Source: an uncultured Gammaproteobacteria bacterium (GTDB taxonomy: Bacteria > Patescibacteriota > Patescibacteriia > Magasanikbacterales > JBBTQS01). Taken from it: 64,000 nt of DNA. The stretch is taken from the NCBI GenBank assembly GCA_964627525.1, contig CAZVIA010000001.1, forward strand, positions 8,007 through 72,006. Direction: 5' to 3'. A program made the position numbers and the translations under genes. The notes beneath the pieces were generated by a model. The model made no database searches and was not told the DNA's origin. It was given only the letters and a program-made list of their open reading frames with translations. This document shows, piece after piece, positions 40,135 through 50,355 of this stretch; positions within the stretch are counted from its first letter, which is position 1; every line of letters starts with the position of its first letter.

Positions 40135-40251
40135 GTGGCACCCGAGAGGGCCTGAGCATCACCATTGGCCTGAGGTTACCTTGTTCGGGACCACATAAAA
40201 AAAACCTGTCTTTTTGTTAGTGCTTTTTAAGCGCAAGTTGACAGGATTTTT
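40135..40251 (+). ncRNA. Second candidate small RNA (~115 nt), ending in a bidirectional terminator shared with topA
   Basis: ggcctgag direct repeat; cctgtc...gacagg hairpin flanked by A- and T-runs. Confidence 0.25.
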
Positions 40252-40266
40252 TATTTATGTTATAAA

Positions 40267-42492
40267 TTACTTTGCCTCTTTCACGTACTTACATTCCTTG
40301 CTACTACATTTAAAAGTTCCTTTAGCTCCATATACAATCAAATTTTTACACTCTGGACAATTATCTCCAGTTGGTTTAGACCATAAAGCATTTTCACAAT
40401 CAGGATATTGATTACATCCATAAAAATTCTTACCACGTTTACTTCTTTTTTCAACAAATTCACCTTTACCACATTTCGGACATTTAATCCCGGTTTTGTT
40501 TTCAATTTTTTTAATGGTTTTACAATCAGGATAACCAGAGCATCCAAGAAACGCACCATAGCGTCCATGCTTTACAGCCATTGGCTTGCCACATTTTTCA
40601 CAAGTCTCATTACTTTCTAATGCTTCTTGTTCCTCTTCTTTTTCCTCACCATCCACTGGCTCGGTATATTTACATTCTGGAAAACCAGTGCAAGCAATAA
40701 ATTTGCCATAGCGTCCAGCCTTAATGATCATGTCACTTTTACATTCAGGACATTTTTTATCAATTGATTCTTCAGTCATAGCTTTTTTAGATAAAGTTTC
40801 TTCTTTTTCTTTAAGATTTTTTTCAAAATCAGGATAAAAGTCTTGTAAAATTTCTGTCCATTTCTTATCACCATCTGCCACATCATCTAAATCTTTTTCA
40901 ACTTTTGCAGTAAACTTGTAATCAACAATTTTTGGAAAATGTTCAACTAACAAATCATTTACAATAATTCCAATGTCAGTTGGCTTAAGTCTTTTGTTTT
41001 CAGTACGCTCAACATAATTTCGTTTTTCAATAGTTGCAATTGTTGGTGAATAAGTTGAAGGGCGACCAATTCCATGTTCTTCTAAAATCTTAACCAAAGT
41101 AGCATCTGAATAACGAGCAGGTGGTTCAGTAAAATGTTGTTCAGGTTTAATTTCTTTTGCATCAACTTTTTCACCCTCATCAAGTTCTGGCAAAATTTTA
41201 TCCTTAGCTAAATCAGGATAAACTTTCATAAAACCATCAAACACAACAGTAGAACCATTTGCGCGAAAATTATATTTTTTTCCATCAGAGTTTTCAATAT
41301 CAACAGCAGTTTGTGCAAGTTTAGCATCTGCCATTTGAGTTGCAGCAGCACGCTTCCAAATCAAATCATACAATTTAAATTGTTGTGGACTTAAATGAGT
41401 CATCATTAATTTTGGTGTGTGTTCAATATCAGTTGGGCGAATTGCTTCATGAGCTTCTTGCGCACCCTTAGCTTTTTTTCCAAACACACGTGGTTTTTTC
41501 AAAGAATAATCATCACCAAATTCTCTTTTAATAAAATCTAAAGCTTCACCTAAAAATTTTCCAGACAAATTAGTAGAATCAGTACGCATGTATGTAATTA
41601 AACCAACGTGACCTTCTGCACCAAGTTCAACACCTTCGTATAATTGTTGTGCGAGCATCATTGTTTGTTTTGATGAAAAACCTAATTTATGGTTTGCATC
41701 TTGTTGTAAAGTTGAAGTGCGATACGGTGGGTGAGGGGATTTTTTACGATCTTTTTTTTCAATTTTTGTAATTTTATAATCAGCACTTTCTAAATCAGAT
41801 AAAATTTTCTTAGCTTGCTTTTCATTTTTGATTTCCAATTTGTCTAATTTTTTTCCGTCAATATTATTTAATTTTGCTAAAAACATTTCTTTTTTAGCAG
41901 TCAAAAATTCAGCTTCAACACTCCAATACTCTTCAGATTTAAAAGCTTCAATTTCACGTTCTCGCTCAACAATTAATCGCATTGCAACTGATTGTACACG
42001 ACCTGCAGACAAGCCACGCGCAACTTTATGCCACAACAAAGGGGATAATTTATATCCAACCAACCGATCCAAAATTCGGCGCGCTTGTTGTGCATTAACC
42101 AAATCCATATCTATAGTACGTGGATTTTCCAAAGCTTTTTCAATTGCGTGTTTTGTAATTTCGTGAAAAGTAATGCGCTTGGTTTTTTCAGGATCAACTT
42201 TTAATGCAAAAGCTAAATGCCAAGAAATTGCCTCACCTTCACGATCTTCATCAGTTGCGAAATAGATTTCATCAACTTTTTTTGCAGCTTCTTTTAAGTC
42301 CTTAACTCTTTTAGATTTGTCGCGCGGAATTACATACTTAGGTTCAAAATTATTTTCAACATCAACACCAAGTTTACTTTTAGGTAAATCACGGATATGA
42401 CCAAAAGAAGATTCTACTTTAAAACCTTTCCCTAAATATTTTGAAATTGTTTTTGCCTTTGTAGGCGACTCAACTATTACTAAACTTTTCAT
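40267..42492 (-). CDS. topA: DNA topoisomerase I with four C-terminal zinc ribbons
   Basis: TOPRIM N-terminus; four CxxC...CxxC modules at the C-terminus. Confidence 0.9.
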   Translation of the reverse strand: MKSLVIVESPTKAKTISKYLGKGFKVESSFGHIRDLPKSKLGVDVENNFEPKYVIPRDKSKRVKDLKEAAKKVDEIYFATDEDREGEAISWHLAFALKVDPEKTKRITFHEITKHAIEKALENPRTIDMDLVNAQQARRILDRLVGYKLSPLLWHKVARGLSAGRVQSVAMRLIVEREREIEAFKSEEYWSVEAEFLTAKKEMFLAKLNNIDGKKLDKLEIKNEKQAKKILSDLESADYKITKIEKKDRKKSPHPPYRTSTLQQDANHKLGFSSKQTMMLAQQLYEGVELGAEGHVGLITYMRTDSTNLSGKFLGEALDFIKREFGDDYSLKKPRVFGKKAKGAQEAHEAIRPTDIEHTPKLMMTHLSPQQFKLYDLIWKRAAATQMADAKLAQTAVDIENSDGKKYNFRANGSTVVFDGFMKVYPDLAKDKILPELDEGEKVDAKEIKPEQHFTEPPARYSDATLVKILEEHGIGRPSTYSPTIATIEKRNYVERTENKRLKPTDIGIIVNDLLVEHFPKIVDYKFTAKVEKDLDDVADGDKKWTEILQDFYPDFEKNLKEKEETLSKKAMTEESIDKKCPECKSDMIIKAGRYGKFIACTGFPECKYTEPVDGEEKEEEQEALESNETCEKCGKPMAVKHGRYGAFLGCSGYPDCKTIKKIENKTGIKCPKCGKGEFVEKRSKRGKNFYGCNQYPDCENALWSKPTGDNCPECKNLIVYGAKGTFKCSSKECKYVKEAK

Positions 42493-42549
42493 AAAATAAA
42501 AAAGATATGTCTTTGATGAGCATAATGCATAGTGTTTTTTGTGTCAAAT

Positions 42550-43887
42550 TTATCTTAGTTCTCCAGCTAAAAATATTGAACCAGTTACTAAAATTATATC
42601 ATGTTTTGTTGAAGATTTTTTTGATAAAGCAAAAGCTTTTTTGGGATCTGAAAAAGCGCGTATTTTGGGGTGGTCTTTGGGGGGGGTTTTAGGATGACCA
42701 CTAAAGCAAGATTTTTTTGCAAGCTCTGCTAATTTTTTTGGAGGAGTAGGTGGGCAAAAAGGATTACTAAAAGATTGTGTAGTATAAATTTGATTTGCCA
42801 AAGGAGCAATCAGTCGCATGATAGAGCCCAACCTTTTATTTGAAGAAATTCCAATTATCAAAAACACTCGAGCTTCAGGTTTCAGTTTTTTAATAATTTT
42901 TAAAGCATCTCGAGTTGTGCGCATTTTGTCTGTGTTGTGAGCCCCATCAATAATAATCAGAGGGTTTTTGTTCACAATTTCAAAACAAACTGGTCGCACA
43001 GTTTTAGACAGGCCGAGCTCAATATGTTTTTGCGCAATGCGTAATTGTTTTGCAACCTCAATTGCAATTCCAGCATTTTGAGCTTGATGTGCACCAATAG
43101 CTGATACAATATATTTTTTTCCTTTATAAAAAAATTCAGTTCCGCCCAAATCAACTTTAATATTTTCAGGCTGCTCAATATAAATTTCTTTTTTAGCTGG
43201 CGCCCCGCGCAAATGTTTTTTAAAAACTTTTAAAACTTTGGGATCATGTTCGGCACTAACAAAAACAGTTCCTGACTTTAAAATCCCAGCTTTTTCCCAA
43301 GCAATTTTTTCTTTAGAATTTCCAAGTAAATCTGTATGATCCAAACCAATATTTGTTATTACACTTATGTCAGGAACAGGAATTACATTGCTTGCACTAT
43401 AGCGACCACCTAACCCAACTTCAATCACAAAATATTTCACACCTTTTTGTGCAAAATAATCCACAGTCATGCAAAACATCATTTCAAAAAATGATATCAT
43501 GCCGAACGGAGAAATTTTTCCACAGATTTCTAAAGCACGACGCATTCGTTTGCACAAACGAATAAAATCGCGCTCAGAAATATTTTTATCACCAAGTCGA
43601 ATACGTTCCAAAATAGTTGTTGGGTGAGGGGAGTATGTAGATCCAACTTTTTTTCCAGCGCTCAACAAAATCTCATGAATCATTTGTACAACAGAACCTT
43701 TTCCACTAGTTCCAGTAACATGAATCATGTGTGGAATTTTGCGTTCAGGATTATTTAGCAAATCCAAAAACCACTGCGTGCGCTTTAAAAAAATTTTGCA
43801 TTCAGTGTGATCTTTCATAAACTCCTTTTTTTCAAAAGAATTTATAAAGCCCACTAATTCATTTGCAACTTTGTCTGCTTTGTTCAT
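42550..43887 (-). CDS. folC: Mur-ligase family folylpolyglutamate/dihydrofolate synthase-like
   Basis: HVTGTSGKGS P-loop; Mur ligase middle domain. Confidence 0.6.
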   Translation of the reverse strand: MNKADKVANELVGFINSFEKKEFMKDHTECKIFLKRTQWFLDLLNNPERKIPHMIHVTGTSGKGSVVQMIHEILLSAGKKVGSTYSPHPTTILERIRLGDKNISERDFIRLCKRMRRALEICGKISPFGMISFFEMMFCMTVDYFAQKGVKYFVIEVGLGGRYSASNVIPVPDISVITNIGLDHTDLLGNSKEKIAWEKAGILKSGTVFVSAEHDPKVLKVFKKHLRGAPAKKEIYIEQPENIKVDLGGTEFFYKGKKYIVSAIGAHQAQNAGIAIEVAKQLRIAQKHIELGLSKTVRPVCFEIVNKNPLIIIDGAHNTDKMRTTRDALKIIKKLKPEARVFLIIGISSNKRLGSIMRLIAPLANQIYTTQSFSNPFCPPTPPKKLAELAKKSCFSGHPKTPPKDHPKIRAFSDPKKAFALSKKSSTKHDIILVTGSIFLAGELR

Positions 43888-43895
43888 TGTCTGGG

Positions 43896-44774
43896 TTATT
43901 CATTTTTTATGTATCTTTTTCCTCCAACATCTTTCACAAACTCTTCAATCTCCATTTCCATTATGTTACGCATTATTTCTGACTCTGGCAAGTCTACCAA
44001 CTTAATTAATTCATCAATTTGCATGGGTTCTTGTGATAACAAAGAATAAATCGCACAATATTTTTTAGGAATATTTTTTTGCAAAAACTTTTCACCACGA
44101 CAAACACCGTCACTAAAATCAACATTAAATAATTCTAAAATATCTTTTGCGCTACGAATAGGAAAACCACCACGACCAATCAAATCATTACAACCAACAG
44201 ACACATCAGAAAAAATAGATCCAGGAACAGCTCCAACCAAACGATTATATTCCAAGGCTTGAAAAGCAGTAATCAAAGATCCAGATTTTTCTGCTGCTTC
44301 AACAACCAAAGTCACTTGAGACATTGCAGCAATAATTCTGTTGCGTGCTGGGAACATAAATTTTTGAGAATGCATACCTAGTTCATGTTCGCTTACTAAA
44401 GCACCACCACAATCCAAAAGATCTTCAGCTAGTTTTTGATTTGCCATAGGATAAATTTTATCTAAACCTCCAGCCAAAACAGCAACTGCATATCCACCAC
44501 ATTCAACAGTTACACGATGTGCGTGTGCATCAATACCATAAGCTAAACCACTTACTACACCAATTCCATATTTTATTAATTTGGGAACAATTTTTTCAAT
44601 CACACGTTTACCATACACACTTGCTTTTCGTGAACCAACAATTGAGATCAAAGGCACATCTTTTAGAACACCACGATAAAACAATTTTTTAGGTGCATCA
44701 GGAATTTGTTTTAACAAAACAGGATAACCTGTTTGATTTTTGTGTATCTTAAATACACTATATTTTTTAGTCAT
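43896..44774 (-). CDS. dprA: DNA processing protein DprA/Smf
   Basis: SGLAYGIDAHAH...GGLDKIYP Rossmann-like DprA. Confidence 0.8.
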   Translation of the reverse strand: MTKKYSVFKIHKNQTGYPVLLKQIPDAPKKLFYRGVLKDVPLISIVGSRKASVYGKRVIEKIVPKLIKYGIGVVSGLAYGIDAHAHRVTVECGGYAVAVLAGGLDKIYPMANQKLAEDLLDCGGALVSEHELGMHSQKFMFPARNRIIAAMSQVTLVVEAAEKSGSLITAFQALEYNRLVGAVPGSIFSDVSVGCNDLIGRGGFPIRSAKDILELFNVDFSDGVCRGEKFLQKNIPKKYCAIYSLLSQEPMQIDELIKLVDLPESEIMRNIMEMEIEEFVKDVGGKRYIKNE

Positions 44775-44795
44775 ATATTTTTTATTTTAAAAATA

Positions 44796-44825
44796 GGGCG
44801 AAATTTGCAAAGCAAATTTCGCCCC
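44796..44825. repeat. Palindromic hairpin element gggcgaaatttg-caaagc-aaatttcgcccc; bidirectional terminator (copy 1)
   Basis: Near-identical copy at 55871-55899. Confidence 0.6.
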
Positions 44826-44841
44826 ACAATTATTTTTCAAT

Positions 44842-45390
44842 CTAACATTCCTTTAAAAATTGTCTCTCAACAATTAAAGGAAATTGTTTTAGTATACCTC
44901 TTAATGCAAAACGTTCAAGTGTGGATAATTTTTGTAAAACAAATTTGTCACCAGGCATTTTTGCATGACGACCAACACCAATTCTTACTCTCCAAAAAGC
45001 ATTTGTACCAATCATATCAATTACAGACTGTACTCCATTATGTCCACCAGCATTTTTTTCAAACTGCATGCGAATATCTTCAAAAGGGAAGTCCATGTCA
45101 TCATGCACAACAACCAAACGATCATCTTCAACATTATGCCACTTCATCAACAACTGAACAGCTTCACCAGACTTGTTCATAAAAGTTTGTGGTTTAGCCA
45201 AAATAATTTTTTCACGACCAAAACGACCTTCACTTACAAGTGCTTTGTTTTTTTTCTGTTCAGTCCACTCAGATAATTGCCAATCGCTTTCATGTAATTT
45301 ATGTAAACGATCCAACGCAATAAAACCAAGATTATGGCGAGTGCGCTCATATTCTTTTCCAGGATTTCCCAACCCAACAATTAATAGCAT
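44842..45390 (-). CDS. pth: Peptidyl-tRNA hydrolase
   Basis: MLLIVGLGNPGKEY...RHNLGF. Confidence 0.9.
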   Translation of the reverse strand: MLLIVGLGNPGKEYERTRHNLGFIALDRLHKLHESDWQLSEWTEQKKNKALVSEGRFGREKIILAKPQTFMNKSGEAVQLLMKWHNVEDDRLVVVHDDMDFPFEDIRMQFEKNAGGHNGVQSVIDMIGTNAFWRVRIGVGRHAKMPGDKFVLQKLSTLERFALRGILKQFPLIVERQFLKEC

Positions 45391-45410
45391 ATGCCTCCTA
45401 ATTAACTAAT

Positions 45411-46850
45411 TTAATATTGTTTACTTTTTACAATTATAATCTCAATTGGTGTTCCTTCAAAATTAAACTCCTCGCGCAATTTGTTTTCCAAATAATGAAC
45501 ATAAGAAGTGTGCAAAGAAGTTCTGTGTTTAACAATCAATTCAAAAGTTGGTGGTTCAACATCAATTTGTTTAAATGACAAAATTTGTGGTTTGCGAGTT
45601 CCTTTTCCACGAGAAGGTTTGTGTTTGCGAGTAACTTTGTGAATCCACTCTTCCAAAATTTCATCTTCGATTCTTAATTTGCGTGCTTCAGCAACTTTTT
45701 CAACTATTTCAAATAATTGGTGAACGCGAAAACCAGTTTTTGCACTTACAAAATAAATAGGCGACCATTTCATAAAAGCAAAGTAGTGTTCCATTAGTTT
45801 TTTAAAACGTGAGCGATTTTCTTGAGAATGATCTTCAATCAAATCCCATTTATTTAAAACCAAAATTATTCCAACGTGTCTGTTTTCCAACAAACTTGCC
45901 AAATGTTTTTCTTGAACAGATTCTGGGTCAGTTGCATCTAAAACCAATAATACAACATCAGCACGTTCTAAAGATTCAATACTTGCACTAACTCCCATTT
46001 TTTCCAAACCACCTTTGACTTTGCTTTTTCTACGAATTCCAGCAGTGTCTATAATTTTAAATTTTTTCTTACCAAAACCAACGTCTAAGTCAAAAGCTTC
46101 ACGAGTAGTATGCGCTGTTTCGCTTACAATTGCTTCTTGCGCACCAACTAAAGCATTTAACAAAGAAGACTTTCCAACATTTGGTTTTCCAAAAATCGCA
46201 ACGCGCGCAATATAATCTTGCCCAGTTTTAGTCTTAGTCCCAGCTTCGCCCTTAGTCCCAGCTTCGCCTTCAACCACAACTTCACCAACAGCATCAGTCT
46301 CAACTTTTTTACCACGACGTTTTTTTGGCAAAACTTCAACTGCAGCATCTAACATATCTCCAACTCCACTTCCATTTGATGCACTTACCAAAAATATTTC
46401 ACCAAAACCAAGTGAGTGCCAAGCATCTTCAAAAGATTTTTTACGCCAACGTTCTGTGTCTGCTTTATTACCAACTAACACCACTGGTTTTTGACTGCGA
46501 CGCAAACGTTTAGCCAATTCTTTTTCTTGTGGCAAAATTCCAACCTGTGCGTCAACAACAAATAAAATTACATCAGCTTCTTTAATTGCACGTTTAACTT
46601 GTTCCATTACTTCTTTTTCATAAGGAATGTCATCATAAGTTAAACCACCTGTATCCACAATATTAAATTTACGACCACACCAATTCATTTCAGCAATATT
46701 ACGAGTGCGAGTTGTTCCTGCAATATCAGAAACAAGCGCTTTGTGGTCTTCAACCAAGCGATTATATAAAGTGGACTTTCCAACATTTACACGACCAACA
46801 ATTGCAATAGTTGGATTTGGATTTTTTCTTCTACGAGACATAATTTTCAA
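45411..46850 (-). CDS. der: GTPase Der/EngA (two GTPase domains + KH-like)
   Basis: Two GxxxxGKS and DTxG sets; an internal 18-nt direct repeat encodes GEAGTK-GEAGTK in the inter-domain linker. Confidence 0.85.
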   Translation of the reverse strand: MKIMSRRRKNPNPTIAIVGRVNVGKSTLYNRLVEDHKALVSDIAGTTRTRNIAEMNWCGRKFNIVDTGGLTYDDIPYEKEVMEQVKRAIKEADVILFVVDAQVGILPQEKELAKRLRRSQKPVVLVGNKADTERWRKKSFEDAWHSLGFGEIFLVSASNGSGVGDMLDAAVEVLPKKRRGKKVETDAVGEVVVEGEAGTKGEAGTKTKTGQDYIARVAIFGKPNVGKSSLLNALVGAQEAIVSETAHTTREAFDLDVGFGKKKFKIIDTAGIRRKSKVKGGLEKMGVSASIESLERADVVLLVLDATDPESVQEKHLASLLENRHVGIILVLNKWDLIEDHSQENRSRFKKLMEHYFAFMKWSPIYFVSAKTGFRVHQLFEIVEKVAEARKLRIEDEILEEWIHKVTRKHKPSRGKGTRKPQILSFKQIDVEPPTFELIVKHRTSLHTSYVHYLENKLREEFNFEGTPIEIIIVKSKQY

Positions 46851-46851
46851 T

Positions 46852-48360
46852 TTATTCTGTTTCTGTGTAGTCTGCCCCTAATATTATGAGTATATCAGTA
46901 TTTTTGTCAACTTGGGTAGGTAGGTTGGCTGATAACATTGAAGTATCTGCGGGCAAAGTAGAATTTTGCAAAATTTCATCAATAGTTGACGCAATTGGCA
47001 TATTTAACGCCTCACTAATCTGTTTTACAGAATCTACATGCTTTCCATTAGATAAATCAAAAACCGCACTCGTACTATAAGGTCTATCATCAGCATTATC
47101 TACTTTTGTAATTTGAAAACCCTGATTTTCTAGTTCAGCTTTTGCTTTTGCAGCTAAACCAACAACCCAAGTTCCATTTTGAATTTCAATAAAAGCATTT
47201 CCTTCAGACAAAACAACTGCTTTAACTTCACCATCAGATTCTACTATTTGATCAGACAAAGAAGTTTTTCCAGTTAAATTTCCTCCATCAAAAATTCCAT
47301 CAATCACACGTTGTATTTGTCTAAAAGTTCTATCACGTGGCAAAAGCATATACAAATTTGCACCACTACCATTTGCTAGCAATCCACCAACAGCATCAGA
47401 CAAACCAAAACTAATAATATTTTCTGTATCTAAATCATCTGCAATGCGCACCAATTGCAAACCAGTTCCAACATCAATATTTGTATCAATATTTTCAGAT
47501 AAGGTTTTTCGTAAATTATTTAACTTAGCTGGATTTAATAAAGTTGATAAAGACAAAACTTTATTTTTAAAAGCAACAATAACTTTTTGTTGACGACGTG
47601 ATCGTGCAAAATCAGAACCTTCACCATTTGTTCCGTGTCGTGATCGTGCAAACATTAAAGCAGTTTCTCCATCCATGTGTTGTGCGCCTTCATCGAATTT
47701 TACAGTTTGATAGCGATGATCATTAGTAGGGTAGGCACTATCCACAAAAGAATTATCTACATTAATATCAACACCACTAACATGATCAATAAGTTTTTCA
47801 AAACCAGAAAAATCCATGCGTACATAATAATGAATTGGCTGACCAGTCATTTGTTCAATAATGCGTATTGCTAAATCAGCGCCATGTCCAGGATCTTTCA
47901 TTTCTCCAAAAGCATTTGCATGATTAATTTTTCGCCAACCATAACCAGGAATTGGAACAGACAAATCACGCGGAATTGAAATTAAAGAAATTTGATTTGT
48001 GGATGGTTTAATACTTGCCAAAATAATTGTGTCTGTTAAAAACGCACCATCATGCCCAGAACCACCCATGCCTAAGAACAACAAATTAATACGATCAGCT
48101 TTTACACCTTCCAAACGTTTTTCATCACTTAAAATCAAATCGCGCAAAGTTCCAAAAAATCCTTTGTGAGAATCCTTACGATACCAACCTTCATCATTAT
48201 TAATAGGGGATGAAAAAACAACGCCACCAACCCATGTTACAATTACCAACACAGCAACCACTAATGAAAAAAACAGCCCTGTCTTTCGAAGGACACGAGA
48301 AAATCCAGATTTAGGACTTTTCTGGCGATTGTTTCTTTGTGCTAAAAAATCATTATCCAT
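46852..48360 (-). CDS. LytR-CpsA-Psr (LCP) family protein, membrane anchored
   Basis: N-terminal TM; TDTIILASI...IPRD LCP core. Confidence 0.75.
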   Translation of the reverse strand: MDNDFLAQRNNRQKSPKSGFSRVLRKTGLFFSLVVAVLVIVTWVGGVVFSSPINNDEGWYRKDSHKGFFGTLRDLILSDEKRLEGVKADRINLLFLGMGGSGHDGAFLTDTIILASIKPSTNQISLISIPRDLSVPIPGYGWRKINHANAFGEMKDPGHGADLAIRIIEQMTGQPIHYYVRMDFSGFEKLIDHVSGVDINVDNSFVDSAYPTNDHRYQTVKFDEGAQHMDGETALMFARSRHGTNGEGSDFARSRRQQKVIVAFKNKVLSLSTLLNPAKLNNLRKTLSENIDTNIDVGTGLQLVRIADDLDTENIISFGLSDAVGGLLANGSGANLYMLLPRDRTFRQIQRVIDGIFDGGNLTGKTSLSDQIVESDGEVKAVVLSEGNAFIEIQNGTWVVGLAAKAKAELENQGFQITKVDNADDRPYSTSAVFDLSNGKHVDSVKQISEALNMPIASTIDEILQNSTLPADTSMLSANLPTQVDKNTDILIILGADYTETE

Positions 48361-48422
48361 GATATCGGCTAACGAGACAATTATACTTTAATAGGTGGTC
48401 CGAGACAAATTTTTATAAAAAA

Positions 48423-49877
48423 CTATTCACTCAATTTCATACCTCTAGAACCACTTTCAGTCCAACCACTTGGAGTAATTCGTACAAATTCTGCATTTTC
48501 CTGCATTTCCTCAATTGAATGTGCTCCACAATAACTTAAACCACTTTGAACTCCACGTGCCAACCAATCAATCACATCTTGTACAGGGCCTTTATAATCA
48601 ACTAAAGAAGAAATTCCCTCAACATATGCATTCATGCGTTTGCGAATAATTGAATTGGTTTGAGTTTCTTTGCGCACATGTGAGCTTTCATAAGACGCGC
48701 TTCCAATGTATTTTTTATAATTACGACCGTCTTTTTTAATAATCATTCCCGGAGCTTCATCTGTTCCAGCAAAAAATGATCCAGAATAAACAGAAGACGC
48801 ACCAATAGCCAAAGCTTTAGCTGCATCTCCAGGTAGTTTCATACCACCATCAGCAGAAACAGGCACGCCATATTTTTTTGCTTCGCGAGCAACATTCATA
48901 ACAGCTGTAAATTGTGGCACGCCAGCACCAGCTGTAATTCTAGTTGTGCATACAGGAGATGGGCCAATTCCTATTTTCAAACCATCTGCACCAGCTTCAA
49001 TCAAATCTCGCGCTGCTGCAGCAGTTCCAATATTTCCAACCATTACATCAATTTCAAAAATAGATTTTAACTCCTTAAGGCGTTTAATTACTAAATCAGA
49101 ATGTGCATGAGCAATATCTAAAACAATTGCATCAGCACCAGCGCTTATCATTGCTTGTGCCCGCTCAATAGTATCTTTAACACCAACACTAGCTCCTACT
49201 CGCAAACATCCGTTTTTATCACGAGTTGCATCAGGCCAATTTTCTAGTTTCTTAATATCTTGTGTTGTAATCAAACCACTTACTTTTCCATGATTATCTA
49301 TTAAAGGAAGTTTTTCAATACGATTAAAGTGTAGGATTTTTTTGGCTTCATCTAAAGAAATTCCTGGAGCAGCAGTTATTAGTTTTTGGCGAGGTGTCAT
49401 AACCGATGTGATTTTTTGAGATAAATCATATTCAAACAAATAATCTCTTGAAGTAAAAATTCCTACCAATTCATCTCCGTTTTTTACCAACAAACTTGTC
49501 ACACCTTTTGTTCTCATTATATTAACTGCATCTTGAATAGTTGCATGAATACTTACAGATAAAGGTTTGTTAATAACATAGCTTGTACTTCGTTTGACTA
49601 GCTCAACCTCAGCAGCTTCTTCTTCAATTGTCCCAAATTGATGGATTACACCTAAACCACCTCCACGTGCCATTGCAATTGCCATTTTGTGTTCAGTAAC
49701 AGTTGCCATGTTTGCACTTACAAAAGGTTTTTTTAGTTTTATGTTTTTTGTGAAAAAACTTTCTATGTTTGCTTCTGAGCGAGAACTAAGTGGAGTGCGT
49801 TGTGGCACTAATAAAACATCATTATATGTAAGTGCAAGAGGGAAGTTTGCTGGATTTTGGTGATTTGGGTTTTCCAT
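48423..49877 (-). CDS. guaB: IMP dehydrogenase
   Basis: CBS pair; GIGPSPVCTTR active-site loop. Confidence 0.9.
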   Translation of the reverse strand: MENPNHQNPANFPLALTYNDVLLVPQRTPLSSRSEANIESFFTKNIKLKKPFVSANMATVTEHKMAIAMARGGGLGVIHQFGTIEEEAAEVELVKRSTSYVINKPLSVSIHATIQDAVNIMRTKGVTSLLVKNGDELVGIFTSRDYLFEYDLSQKITSVMTPRQKLITAAPGISLDEAKKILHFNRIEKLPLIDNHGKVSGLITTQDIKKLENWPDATRDKNGCLRVGASVGVKDTIERAQAMISAGADAIVLDIAHAHSDLVIKRLKELKSIFEIDVMVGNIGTAAAARDLIEAGADGLKIGIGPSPVCTTRITAGAGVPQFTAVMNVAREAKKYGVPVSADGGMKLPGDAAKALAIGASSVYSGSFFAGTDEAPGMIIKKDGRNYKKYIGSASYESSHVRKETQTNSIIRKRMNAYVEGISSLVDYKGPVQDVIDWLARGVQSGLSYCGAHSIEEMQENAEFVRITPSGWTESGSRGMKLSE

Positions 49878-49957
49878 ATTTTTTTATTTATTTAATTTTA
49901 TATTGCACAAACATCTTAACATTTTGTAAAAGTATGTGAAAGTAGGTCTGTTTTTTG

Positions 49958-49969
49958 GCTAAATTTAGC
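49958..49969. promoter_or_regulatory. Palindromic motif copy 4 (TTTTTTGGCTAAATTTAGCTATTTTTT)
   Basis: Perfect 12-bp palindrome 30 bp upstream of the island promoter. Confidence 0.5.
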
Positions 49970-49998
49970 TATTTTTTAAAAAACTGTCTACAAGGGGC

Positions 49999-50027
49999 TT
50001 GACAAAATTCATCAGATGTGCTATGAT
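49999..50027 (+). promoter_or_regulatory. Promoter TTGACA-N17-TGC-TATGAT driving the GC-rich island
   Basis: gcttgacaaaattcatcagatgtgctatgat. Confidence 0.65.
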
Positions 50028-50355
50028 ACTACGTTATCAAGTGATGACACTTACAATTTTCGAGGAGAGAGAAAAAGGGTTATGTTTTTATGTAGCCTAA
50101 TAAAAAGCGGTTTCTCCTCAAGTAATCCGCTTTTTGTTTGAAAAATCGGAATAAGGAAAGTGTAGAGGAGGGAATGTTTTACTAGGAAGGCTTATATTAC
50201 TAAAGTTTCGGCCTTAATCCCAGTGCAACTTCTTCTGCACCTTCCTTAGTCCGATTGGACATGGACTCTTGGGACCAAACAAGAGTTGTAAGTACGTTCG
50301 TTACTTTGGGTGTGCGTTGGTCCGCATGTCCAGAGAGTCAAAGGGGACTTTCAAA

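Noticed and set aside
46200-46262. 18-nt tandem direct repeat inside der
   Set aside because: In-frame duplication encoding GEAGTK x2 in the inter-domain linker; a benign coding repeat rather than a regulatory element
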